53,036 bases of DNA. It comes from a candidate division WOR-3 bacterium. Its GTDB lineage: Bacteria; Hydrothermota; Hydrothermia; B15-G9; WFZT01. The notes under the pieces are model-generated. The model had not been told where the DNA came from, did not search any database, and saw nothing but the letters and a program-made list of their open reading frames with translations. Numbering within the stretch: the first letter of the stretch is position 1; each line of letters starts with the position of its first letter. A program made the position numbers and the translations under genes. Shown here piece by piece: positions 19,718 through 28,741 of this stretch. The stretch lies in contig JALUEE010000030.1 in the NCBI GenBank assembly GCA_027053075.1, positions 1 to 53,036 of the forward strand, in the 5' to 3' direction.

Positions 19718-20784
19718 GGCTCATACACACAGAGTGGATCACTTTCAAATGGGTCTCCTGTGGCAGCAAAAGCACGTGAACGTGCACCGCCACAGATGGC
19801 CCTGAATTCACACTTTCCACACTTTCCCTTAAGCTCGTTGTAGTCTCTCAGCCTCCTGAATATTTCTGAGTTTCTATAAACTTCAACTGGATGGTCTTTC
19901 CTCACATTACCGGCTCTAATTGGCAGGAATCCTGAAGGATAAATTTCACCGATGTGTGAAATAAACATCACTCCATTCCCGTCTCTGATACCAAATCCAC
20001 GTCCAATTGGTGTCCGCCTTACCTCGCTCAGGGTCATCCCTTCTTTCAGCATTTGCTCCAGGGCGACCCTCCTGAAATGGGGAGCTTCGGTCGTGGCAAT
20101 GGCAAATTTGACCTCTTTTGATTTATCATAGAGCCATAAAAGGAGATTTTCGGCTTCCTCTGGCGTAATCTGGTTCAGCACCTTTCCTCTTCCCACCTGA
20201 ATGAGAAAGAAAAGGCTCCAACGAACCACCTCAAAAGTCTTCACCACCTCAAAAATGTTGGGAATGTCGTTATAGGTTTCCCGGCTCACGAGTGTATTGA
20301 CCTGAAGAGGAATACCCGCTTTTTCAATCTCCTCTGCTGCCTCAATGGTTGTTTTATAAACTCCCGGAACACCTCTGAATTCGTCGTGTTTTTTCTCGGT
20401 GGAACCATCAAGGCTCAAAGACATGCTCAGGACACCTAACTCTTTAAATTTCCAAATCACATCAGGTGTAAGACGATTTGTGGCACTGGGGGCAACGGAA
20501 ATCTTGAGGCCGAGAGAAACTCCGTATTCAATAAGTTCGAAGAGGTCGGGTCTGTGCATAACATCGCCGCCGGTCATAACGAGATGGGGGGACGGGTCGC
20601 CAAATTCTCTGAGCTGAGCAAGAAGCCTTTTCCCCTCTTCTGTGGTGAGTTCAAAGGGGTTCCTGTTGGGGTTTGCCTCAGCTCTGCAGTGTTTACAGGC
20701 TAAATCGCATGCCTGGGTCATTTCCCAGTAAATCATTACTGGTTTCTTATCGTATATGTATCCGCTCAAAAGTTTATCCTGCAT
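19714..20784 (-). CDS. Radical SAM/SPASM protein, AhbD/NirJ-related (BA_1875/TIGR04053-like)
   Basis: [42 protein letters not shown]...DP.C. Confidence 0.85.
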   Translation of the reverse strand: MQDKLLSGYIYDKKPVMIYWEMTQACDLACKHCRAEANPNRNPFELTTEEGKRLLAQLREFGDPSPHLVMTGGDVMHRPDLFELIEYGVSLGLKISVAPSATNRLTPDVIWKFKELGVLSMSLSLDGSTEKKHDEFRGVPGVYKTTIEAAEEIEKAGIPLQVNTLVSRETYNDIPNIFEVVKTFEVVRWSLFFLIQVGRGKVLNQITPEEAENLLLWLYDKSKEVKFAIATTEAPHFRRVALEQMLKEGMTLSEVRRTPIGRGFGIRDGNGVMFISHIGEIYPSGFLPIRAGNVRKDHPVEVYRNSEIFRRLRDYNELKGKCGKCEFRAICGGARSRAFAATGDPFESDPLCVYEP

Positions 20785-20807
20785 TTGTTACTCCTTGAGA
20801 TTTAGTT

Positions 20808-20846
20808 GTTCAGGGCGGAGCGGGCGAAGCCCGCTCCGCCCTGAAC
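20808..20846. repeat. Perfect 18-bp hairpin with GAA loop between hemB and the radical SAM gene
   Basis: GTTCAGGGCGGAGCGGGC-GAA-GCCCGCTCCGCCCTGAAC; no U-tract. Confidence 0.9.
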
Positions 20847-20872
20847 GTAACAGTGGAGGCAAGTATGTGACG

Positions 20873-21841
20873 CTACCCTATCCACCTGGCCACATCCTTG
20901 GCAAAATACGTCAGGATCAAATCCGCTCCAGCCCTTTTTATTGATGTTAAAAGCTCAAGAGTCACTCTTTTCTCATCAATCCAGCCCTGCATGGCAGCTG
21001 CTTTCACAAGTGAATACTCTCCACTTACATTGTATGCAGCGATGGGATAGTCAAATCTCTCACGGGCCCTCGCAATGATATCCAGGTAAGGTAGAGCCGG
21101 CTTCACCATTACAATGTCTGCTCCCTCCTCAATATCCAGCTCGATTTCACGCATTGCCTCACGCCAGTTCGGGGGGTCCATCTGATAGGTTGAACGGTCT
21201 CCAAATTTCGGTGCAGACTCCGCTGCATCTCTAAAAGGTCCATAAAATGCTGATGCATACTTTGCCGAGTATCCCATTATCGGGATATCAGTAAATCCCT
21301 CAGCATCGAGGGCCTCCCTTATCGCCCTCACCTGACCATCCATCATGGCACTGGGTGCCACCATGTCCGCTCCCGCCTTTACATGTGAGACAGCGATTTT
21401 TGCAAGAATTTCAAGACTCTCGTCATTTAGGACCTTACCATCCTTCACAATTCCACAGTGGCCAAATGTCGTGAACTGACACATGCACACATCCGTTATG
21501 ACAAAGAGGTCCGGCGCGAGTTTTTTAACAAGTCTTACGGCCTCCTGAACAATTCCGTTTTCCTCAAATGCACTTGTGGCCTTCTCATCTTTGTATTCAG
21601 GAATTCCAAAAAGAATTATCGCCGGGATTCCAAGCTCCTGGACCTCTCTGATCTCCGGCTCAAGCTCATCAAGGGTAAATCGGTAAATGCCCGGCATAGA
21701 TGGAATTTCTTCCCTGATGTGCGATCCAAATCTAACAAAGATCGGATAAATCAGGTCTTCCACATTTAGAGTGGTTTCACGAACCATCCTTCTGATAGCC
21801 GGAGACCCTCTGAGTCTCCTCGGTCTCCTCGTAAGTTTCAT
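20873..21841 (-). CDS. hemB: Porphobilinogen synthase (Zn-type)
   Basis: [40 protein letters not shown]. Confidence 0.98.
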   Translation of the reverse strand: MKLTRRPRRLRGSPAIRRMVRETTLNVEDLIYPIFVRFGSHIREEIPSMPGIYRFTLDELEPEIREVQELGIPAIILFGIPEYKDEKATSAFEENGIVQEAVRLVKKLAPDLFVITDVCMCQFTTFGHCGIVKDGKVLNDESLEILAKIAVSHVKAGADMVAPSAMMDGQVRAIREALDAEGFTDIPIMGYSAKYASAFYGPFRDAAESAPKFGDRSTYQMDPPNWREAMREIELDIEEGADIVMVKPALPYLDIIARARERFDYPIAAYNVSGEYSLVKAAAMQGWIDEKRVTLELLTSIKRAGADLILTYFAKDVARWIG

Positions 21842-22590
21842 ACTCTAACCTCCTTAAGAAACACGGATATTGCTTTCAATAATCCCTCTGAGGTGTGCTC
21901 CTTAGCAATTACATCGGGCTCAAATCCAGAAGACCTTACTGTCTGGGCTGTGATCGGCCCAATAACTGCAATTTTCCCATCTCTGAAAATTTCCTGAGGC
22001 CCAAGCCCTGCGTTTTCAAGGTTTTTGATAAAGGCCCTGAAAGTCGAGCTACTTGTGAATGTAATGAAATCCGGGACCGGAAATATTTTCTCTTGCACCT
22101 CTTCCGGTGGATAAATCTTTTCCACCGTGTCATAGACAGGAATCTCTACAACCTCTGCCCCTTTATGAATTAATTCTTTTCTCAAATCTGGTGGGGCAAT
22201 CTTAGCCCGCAGGAGAAGCACTCTATCTCCCTCTTTAATAGGGAGTGAACGGGCAATCTCGGAGGACACATATTTATCCGGGACAAAATCCACACGTCCT
22301 CCCATTTCCTCAATGGCGCGGGCTGTTGCAGGCCCTATGGCACAGATTTTTGTTTCAGGAGCATCTTTTACATACTCAAAAGCGAAGCGGACTCCATTGG
22401 CACTGGTAAAGACAATCCACCGGTAAGGCTTTTTCAGCTCCTCTTCGAGTGATTCCTCAAAATCGAGGGGTTTTATCTCAAGAACGGGAAATTTCACGGG
22501 TATTCCACCGTTTTTTTCAATGAGCCTTGAGAACTCATCCACCTGATGAGCTGGTCTGGTTATAAGTATCCTTGCGTTGTTAAGTGTCAT
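21838..22590 (-). CDS. hemD: Uroporphyrinogen-III synthase
   Basis: ILITRP, FTSANGV, AIGPATA, VYDT, FTSSS, IGPITA. Confidence 0.93.
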   Translation of the reverse strand: MTLNNARILITRPAHQVDEFSRLIEKNGGIPVKFPVLEIKPLDFEESLEEELKKPYRWIVFTSANGVRFAFEYVKDAPETKICAIGPATARAIEEMGGRVDFVPDKYVSSEIARSLPIKEGDRVLLLRAKIAPPDLRKELIHKGAEVVEIPVYDTVEKIYPPEEVQEKIFPVPDFITFTSSSTFRAFIKNLENAGLGPQEIFRDGKIAVIGPITAQTVRSSGFEPDVIAKEHTSEGLLKAISVFLKEVRV

Positions 22591-24635
22591 CTTGCCACCA
22601 TGAGCTCATGAGCACCACGCTCTATCAATCTTTCAGCGAGTGTTAGACCTACGATGCGCGCATCCTCTATATTGCCACTTAGCTCATCTTTGATAACATA
22701 TCCGTCTGGTGAGAAAATGGCACCGTAAAGTTTTAATCTATTGTGCTCTACCTCGGAATACACACCCACAGGTGTTCTACATCCCGCACCAAGTCTATTT
22801 AAAAATGCTCGCTCAGCGAGGACCTGCTTGAATATCTTATCGTTGTTTATGACCCTCGCTACTTCAACTACACTGCTATTTTCCAGTTTGACTTCAATGC
22901 CAATGGCTCCCTGGGCTACTGCCGGATAAAACCTTGAGGGTGGGAAAACCTCGGTGGTTCTCTCCTGTAGATTCATCCGCTTCAAGCCTGCCAGTGCAAG
23001 GATTATGGCATCATACTGGCCTTCGTCGAGTTTCCTCAATCTCGTATCCACATTCCCCTTAATGGGCTTCACCTCAAGGTCCGGGCGCAGGTGGCGAATC
23101 TGTGCAATCCTTCGGGGACTTCCTGTACCTATGATACTTCCTGACGGAAGCTCATCAAATCTGAGTCCACCACGGGAAATGAATGCATCCCGGATGTCCT
23201 CTCTCACAGGGACGCTCACAATTCCAAGTCCATCTGGAAGGCTTGTGGGCATGTCCTTCAGGCTATGAACAGCCATGTCTATCTCGCCTCTCAGGAGGGC
23301 GAGCTCAAGTTCTTTAACAAATGCACCCACGACACCGATCTTACCCCGGTCACCTGTAGTTCTTACAATTTTCAGCTCGAACGCTATATCGGGAAATTTG
23401 CTCTGGAGTAAATTTAAAACCTGATTTGCCTGTATCAGGGCGAGCTTGCTACCCCTTGTTCCTATCACAACACGTGAAGGTAGTTCTTTCCTCCCGTTCC
23501 TCTTGATCGCAAATTCCTTGATTTCCCTAACTGACCTGTGTAGAACCTTTTTAATTAGCTTATAAGAGAAATTTTCGACAAATTCGGGATCAATGAGTTT
23601 GTTTTCAGCGAGTTGATTGAGTTCCATGAGTCTTGTTTTTTCCGCTTCCATGTGGATTTTTTTGATAAGGGGGCTGATTTCCCAGATTTTCAGCCACTCC
23701 ATGAATTTTTCTGTTTCTTCTTCGATGATGGCACGGGCTACAGGAATAAATGTCTCTCGATTCACAATGAATCCCTGCCGGATTTCTTTCAGGTCTTCGA
23801 GGTTATAGAGGGTTACTCCATCCAATTCTTTGATTTCCGGAGAAATATTCCTTGGGAAACCAAGGTCAATGAGGAGTGGAGTTCTTTCGAGACCCTCAAT
23901 TTGCCTTTTTTCTATAACCCGTTTGTCTGTAGCAGTTACAATAACATCAAACTTCTCGTAAGGCATGCCGGTTCCCGGTAAAACCCCCAATTCCTTTGAA
24001 AAGACTTCTGTCCTTTCTTTCGAGGTCGGGGATACAACAAAGATTTCACCAATCCCATGTTTTTTCAAAAGCAGAATGAGATTTTTCGCAATGGTGCCGG
24101 TGCCGATGATAAGGATCCTCGGGTTTTCGAGAGACTTTTGCTTTATAAGATTAAGAGCGATGGAGGCGAAGGAAAGGTTGCCGCTGGCTATGCCCGTTTC
24201 ATTCCTGACCCTTTTACCGGTTCTAAGCGCTCTGTTGATGAGCTCGCCAAGCACATGGCCAAGTGTTCCGGTATTCCTTGCAATTTCTGCCGCTTCCTTG
24301 ACCTGTCCGAGAATTTCGTATTCGCCGGGCACCTGTGACTCGAGGCCCGCCGAGATCGAGAACAGATGAGAAACTGCTTCTCTTCCACGGTACAAAGCCA
24401 CATACTCTCTTGGAACACGCCCCTCAAACAGTGAAATGGGGTCAATATCTTTTCCTATGGCAGTGAGATTCATCCTGTTGCACGTGGAGAGCATAAAAAC
24501 CTCATCGAGTCTATAGTTTTCTTTAAAGTACCTGAGATGGGAAGCGATCAGGTCCTTGCCGATTTCGATCTTCTCCCTGATTTCGAGGGGGCAGCTTTTA
24601 TGGTCTATTTCGACTGCAAAAATCCTTTCTTCCAT
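22587..24635 (-). CDS. hemA-hemC: Fused glutamyl-tRNA reductase / hydroxymethylbilane synthase (HemA-HemC)
   Basis: N-half: STCNR, GE.EILGQVK, GKRVR.ETGI, IIGTG, DLGFPRNI. C-half: IGTRGSKLA, AVHSLKD, GSPRR, GNVDTRL, AERAF, GAGC. One uninterrupted 682-aa frame. Confidence 0.92.
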   Translation of the reverse strand: MEERIFAVEIDHKSCPLEIREKIEIGKDLIASHLRYFKENYRLDEVFMLSTCNRMNLTAIGKDIDPISLFEGRVPREYVALYRGREAVSHLFSISAGLESQVPGEYEILGQVKEAAEIARNTGTLGHVLGELINRALRTGKRVRNETGIASGNLSFASIALNLIKQKSLENPRILIIGTGTIAKNLILLLKKHGIGEIFVVSPTSKERTEVFSKELGVLPGTGMPYEKFDVIVTATDKRVIEKRQIEGLERTPLLIDLGFPRNISPEIKELDGVTLYNLEDLKEIRQGFIVNRETFIPVARAIIEEETEKFMEWLKIWEISPLIKKIHMEAEKTRLMELNQLAENKLIDPEFVENFSYKLIKKVLHRSVREIKEFAIKRNGRKELPSRVVIGTRGSKLALIQANQVLNLLQSKFPDIAFELKIVRTTGDRGKIGVVGAFVKELELALLRGEIDMAVHSLKDMPTSLPDGLGIVSVPVREDIRDAFISRGGLRFDELPSGSIIGTGSPRRIAQIRHLRPDLEVKPIKGNVDTRLRKLDEGQYDAIILALAGLKRMNLQERTTEVFPPSRFYPAVAQGAIGIEVKLENSSVVEVARVINNDKIFKQVLAERAFLNRLGAGCRTPVGVYSEVEHNRLKLYGAIFSPDGYVIKDELSGNIEDARIVGLTLAERLIERGAHELMVAR

Positions 24636-24836
24636 TACTCGACCTTAAGTTGAATTTTGAGAATCAAGGTTTATTTTATTGCCCCGCATTTGAAGTGTAA
24701 ATAGTGAAATCGTGCTAACGGAGATTTATTGCCCTGTTAAAGAGATTCTAATCTCTATAAACAACGGTGAGAAAACAGTTAAATACAGAGTGGGCAAGGG
24801 ATAGTAGAAACGAAAGATTTTGTACTCAATAAGTCT

Positions 24837-24960
24837 GAGCTCGCTCGAAAATTCCCCCTCCTCTCCTCCCCCCACGCACTTTGTGCGTGGGGGGAGGAAT
24901 AAGGTGGGGGGCAAATTTTTCATTAAAAATCAGAGGCTTTGAAATCTTTCGAACAGGCTC
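24837..24960 (-). mobile_element. MITE-like element, copy 2 (124 bp)
   Basis: Reverse-complement homolog of 9247-9372; flanked by AATAAGTCT / AATAGGTCT; its end overlaps the stop of ORF 24959-25855. Confidence 0.75.
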
Positions 24961-25855
24961 AATAGGTCTTTACTTTATCCAAAGGGACGGGATATTTATC
25001 AGCAAATAGGGTTTCAGAGTGCCAGGAATAGTTTAAAATTGTCCGATACTTGCGGGAATATTTGAGTTTTAAAATGCCAACACTTGATAGCCTGCCGTAA
25101 GTTCTCACATCGATGTTATGGTTTACCGGATTCTCCGTTGGGTATCTCGTGCCTCCGCGATCAAGTCCTCCGATAACAATATCAATATCCGGCACCTCTT
25201 TCAAAAGTTCCTTCTCGTGATTGTAGCTAATATGTGCAAGTGCGATAATCATGTCGACATTCTGCTTTTTCAGCTCGGCTACTACTCTTTTTGCCGTGGG
25301 AATCTCTCTTAAGAAGAAAAGGCCTTTGATGTTCTTCTTCCTCGAATAGATGGGCATGTACTCGGTTATCAGACCAAATATTCCAATTTTTAAGCCATTT
25401 CGGTGAATGATGATATATGGTTTAACCCAATCTACAGGCTTCAAGGTATCACTGGCATAAGTTATATTCGCGCAGACTACCGGGACTTTTAGCCTTTTTA
25501 GAAACTGCTTCAAGGTATCAACACCATGCAGGAAATCTTTCACTCCGAGGGTCGTGGCGTCGTACCGGGTGGTATTCATAAATTCCTCTGTCCATCTGAA
25601 GTCTGTATACTGGCCGATCAGATTACCACCGAGCATGCCCCCGCCATTTAATAGTAAAAATACATCTCCATCTTGCCTTTCCTTTGCAAGAAGCTCTTTA
25701 AATGACTGCTCGCCTCCCAGAATGGGCGGAAAATCAGGGTTAATCCAGCGAGCCTTCTGTGGATAAAAGGTATTGTCGAGGTCGTTAGTATGCACTATGG
25801 TGAGCTGGAGTGTATCTGCTGCAAAGATAATTGAGAGCAAAAGTGGGAAAAGCAT
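24959..25855 (-). CDS. Secreted 5'-nucleotidase-like metallophosphoesterase N-domain with degenerate metal ligands
   Basis: LTIVHTND, VVCANI, KPY.I...GLKIGIFGL, IIALAH, DIDIVIGG; ligand positions altered. Confidence 0.75.
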   Translation of the reverse strand: MLFPLLLSIIFAADTLQLTIVHTNDLDNTFYPQKARWINPDFPPILGGEQSFKELLAKERQDGDVFLLLNGGGMLGGNLIGQYTDFRWTEEFMNTTRYDATTLGVKDFLHGVDTLKQFLKRLKVPVVCANITYASDTLKPVDWVKPYIIIHRNGLKIGIFGLITEYMPIYSRKKNIKGLFFLREIPTAKRVVAELKKQNVDMIIALAHISYNHEKELLKEVPDIDIVIGGLDRGGTRYPTENPVNHNIDVRTYGRLSSVGILKLKYSRKYRTILNYSWHSETLFADKYPVPLDKVKTY

Positions 25856-25856
25856 A

Positions 25857-26420
25857 TCAGTCTCGCCTTCTTAGAATCATTTTTGGCTCACGGGTTGAGA
25901 GCCTCAACACATCGTGGAAATGTTTTTCAAGTGCCTTTGCAACCTCTTTTGAGTAAATTACCACGGAAACCTCGTTGTTGCGCTCAAGGGCGTAGTAACT
26001 CCAGTTCGTCGAGCCCACAATCACGACGGAATCGTCTACAATGATCAATTTATCATGGCTGGTGACATCCGGTGGGTCGTACCACACATCCACACCGGCA
26101 CTTCTCAGGGTATCACCGAATTGCTTATTCTGGATGGTATTGCTAACATTCCATGTGGATGCATCAAGAAGCACTGTGACCTTGACACCCCGCTTGTGCG
26201 CATCAATCAGGTCTTTCACGATAACGGCATTAGGATCGTCAGGATACTGTGGATAGTAGCGCGCTTCAAACATAAAAACATCAATTTTTTTCTTAGCCGA
26301 TGTGAGAACTTTGTGCAACATCGGGAGATACTCACGATTTGGGATGGGTATCACATTACTTGCAGGGTAAGAGAACAGGAAACTAGCGATCAAAAGGGCT
26401 GGCAAAATTTTTTTAATCAT
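25857..26420 (-). CDS. Secreted phospholipase D-family (Nuc-like) protein with a single HKD motif
   Basis: SHDKLIIVD...GSTNWS...NNE; signal peptide. Confidence 0.88.
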   Translation of the reverse strand: MIKKILPALLIASFLFSYPASNVIPIPNREYLPMLHKVLTSAKKKIDVFMFEARYYPQYPDDPNAVIVKDLIDAHKRGVKVTVLLDASTWNVSNTIQNKQFGDTLRSAGVDVWYDPPDVTSHDKLIIVDDSVVIVGSTNWSYYALERNNEVSVVIYSKEVAKALEKHFHDVLRLSTREPKMILRRRD

Positions 26421-28203
26421 GGTTACCTCCGTTAAAATTTCGATCCGGTGAGATAAATTTTAAAACCTGCGGGAACTTCTCTTTAAGAAGCTCACCGATG
26501 ATATATCTTACTTCATCGGCAGTTGAGCTTTCAAGGACATCCTTAACAATAGGTTTGATTTCCTCATAGGAAAGACGCCTTATGAGCTCTTTGGTTTCAA
26601 GAAGGCTCGAGGGGGTTACAGACAACCCATCAACACCAAGCCCAAGAAGCACTGGAACGCCGTATGGATCTGATGCAAGCTCTCCGCAAACTTCCACCAG
26701 TATGTTGTATTCGTGCCCCATCTCAACAACCTGCTTGATAAGCCTCAAAACCGAGGGGTGAAGATGATTGTAAATATCGGAAACATCAGTATTTTTACGG
26801 TCAACTGCGAGGGTGTACTGGGTAAGGTCGTTCGTTCCTATACTGAAGAAATCCACGTAGTTGGCAAATTTGTCAGCCATAATCGCCGATGCGGGCGTTT
26901 CCACCATTATCCCAAATTTGGGAACGAGAACATCTTCTCTCAGCTCTTGAGAGAGTTTGTATGCAACTTCCTCGGTAATTTCCCTTGCCTCTTCAACCTC
27001 CTCGAGGAGGCTAACCATGGGCAGCATAACCTTTATATTTCCAACCTCTCTGTGAGCTCTCAAAATGGCTCTCAGCTGAATTTCGAAAATATCCCTGTGC
27101 TTCAGAAGGGCTCTGATTCCTCGAACACCAAGAAAAGGATTTTGCTCAATTATATGGTTGAGCTCATAGAGTCCAAATTTATCAGCACCAACGTCAAAAA
27201 CGCGTATGATAACAGGATGCGGATAAACTTCTTCGGCAATACTTTTGTATATTTCAAACTGTTTTTCCTCATCGTACTTGTACTGGTCAAAAATTATCTC
27301 CGTCCTGAAGAGTCCAATACCGCTTTTGCCTGAGACCTCAAGAGATTTCACCTCTTCTGGAAAATCTATGTTGACAAAAAGCGAGACGGCGTGCCCATCC
27401 TTTGTAATGGACATCGCATCTCTTATCTTCAAAAGTCCCTCTGTGAATGACCGAAACTCCTTTTGAATCTTTTTGTAGTAATGGATTGTGGGCTCTGAGG
27501 GATTTAAGAACACCAATCCCCGTGTCCCATCAACAATCATAGGGGTTTCGTCCTCGGCCTCTTTCAGGATTCCTTTAACACCGAAAACTGCGGGGATTCT
27601 AAAGTCTTTGACGATTATAGCGGTGTGGGAAGTTTTTCCTCCATCTTCCAGGACGATCGCGTTTACCCGACTGTTCATCAAGCGTATTGCATCAGCAACA
27701 GACAGGTCATAGGCAACCAGTATATCCTGGTCATCGAGTACAAATCTTGTAGGGCTACTCTCTCGCATATTTTTGATAATCAGGTCTGCAATCTGACGTA
27801 GCTCCTTTGCCCTGTCTTTTATGTAATCGTCCTTTGCGTGGTACTCCATGCGGATGGCATAATCTTCTATGATCTTCTTTACCGCGTACTCGGCGTATCT
27901 GCGCTCCTCACGTATGGTATTTATCACCTTGTTGTAGAAGGACTCGTCATCAATAATGCGAATCTGTGGCTCAAGTATAGCTCTCAGGCGGTCGTCCAGC
28001 TGTTCTGTCATCCCAAGGAGGCTCTCTCTTGCCTTCTTTATAGCCTCCTTAAAAAGATTGACCTGCTCCTCAACCTCTTCTTCCTTTATTCTTTTGGTGG
28101 AGATGGCGTATCTTTCCCCTATAAACGGGGCTGCCTTTCCAATGAATATCCCCGGTGATATAGGAATTCCCTTAAACCTTTTTTCCTCCTTATTCTTCTC
28201 CAA
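26413..28203 (-). CDS. ptsI: PTS enzyme I (PEP-protein phosphotransferase)
   Basis: GGKTSHTAI, GIGLFRTE, NPFLGVRGIR, SIGTNDLTQY, VCGE; probable TTG start at 28203 after GGAGG. Confidence 0.95.
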   Translation of the reverse strand: MEKNKEEKRFKGIPISPGIFIGKAAPFIGERYAISTKRIKEEEVEEQVNLFKEAIKKARESLLGMTEQLDDRLRAILEPQIRIIDDESFYNKVINTIREERRYAEYAVKKIIEDYAIRMEYHAKDDYIKDRAKELRQIADLIIKNMRESSPTRFVLDDQDILVAYDLSVADAIRLMNSRVNAIVLEDGGKTSHTAIIVKDFRIPAVFGVKGILKEAEDETPMIVDGTRGLVFLNPSEPTIHYYKKIQKEFRSFTEGLLKIRDAMSITKDGHAVSLFVNIDFPEEVKSLEVSGKSGIGLFRTEIIFDQYKYDEEKQFEIYKSIAEEVYPHPVIIRVFDVGADKFGLYELNHIIEQNPFLGVRGIRALLKHRDIFEIQLRAILRAHREVGNIKVMLPMVSLLEEVEEAREITEEVAYKLSQELREDVLVPKFGIMVETPASAIMADKFANYVDFFSIGTNDLTQYTLAVDRKNTDVSDIYNHLHPSVLRLIKQVVEMGHEYNILVEVCGELASDPYGVPVLLGLGVDGLSVTPSSLLETKELIRRLSYEEIKPIVKDVLESSTADEVRYIIGELLKEKFPQVLKFISPDRNFNGGNHD

Positions 28204-28456
28204 AGCCGTCCTCCACCAACTTCGCGAGTTCTTCAACAGCCTCCTGCTCATCTGGCCCCTCCGCTCTTATTGTTATTTCTGAGCCATAATCTGCGACCAA
28301 CATTAAAAGGCTCAAAATACTTTTGCCATTGGCAATATTCCCATCCTTTTCCACCGTTATTTCTGAATCATACTTCCTCGCAATAGCTGTAAACTGCTGG
28401 GCAGGTCTTGCATGTATACCCAATTTATTGACGATTTTAACCTTTTTCTCGTACAT
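28190..28456 (-). CDS. ptsH: Phosphocarrier protein HPr
   Basis: NKLGIHARPA (His15), GKSILSLLML (Ser46), AEGPDE. Confidence 0.95.
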   Translation of the reverse strand: MYEKKVKIVNKLGIHARPAQQFTAIARKYDSEITVEKDGNIANGKSILSLLMLVADYGSEITIRAEGPDEQEAVEELAKLVEDGFGEE

Positions 28457-28459
28457 GTC

Positions 28460-28741
28460 TCACCTGAAAGATAGTCTATAATCCAGCACCTGCACCCTTC
28501 TATCCGAGTCAATGAAGTTGACTACTTTTGAAAGGGTTGAGTTGGCACTGGCACCGTCGTTAGATACGGTGGCCACAAGGAGTTTCGTCCTCTGCCACAG
28601 ATCATGGCCGTCAGTTTCGGCAATAGAAATGTTAAACTTGTTCCTCAACCTCGTTTTGAGGCTTTTTAAAACGAATCTCTTTTCTTTCAATGAGTTGCAG
28701 TGTGGAATGTAAAGCTCTACCTCAAGCAATCCGATAAGCAT
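28460..28741 (-). CDS. DUF503 (YlxP-like) protein
   Basis: SLKEKR.V.KSL...KFNIS.AE...DLWQ; usual position after infB. Confidence 0.9.
   Translation of the reverse strand: MLIGLLEVELYIPHCNSLKEKRFVLKSLKTRLRNKFNISIAETDGHDLWQRTKLLVATVSNDGASANSTLSKVVNFIDSDRRVQVLDYRLSFR

Noticed and set aside
28204..28251. N-terminal extension of ptsI in the ORF track
   Set aside because: It overlaps ptsH out of frame; the TTG at 28203 has a GGAGG SD and fits the expected enzyme I start.
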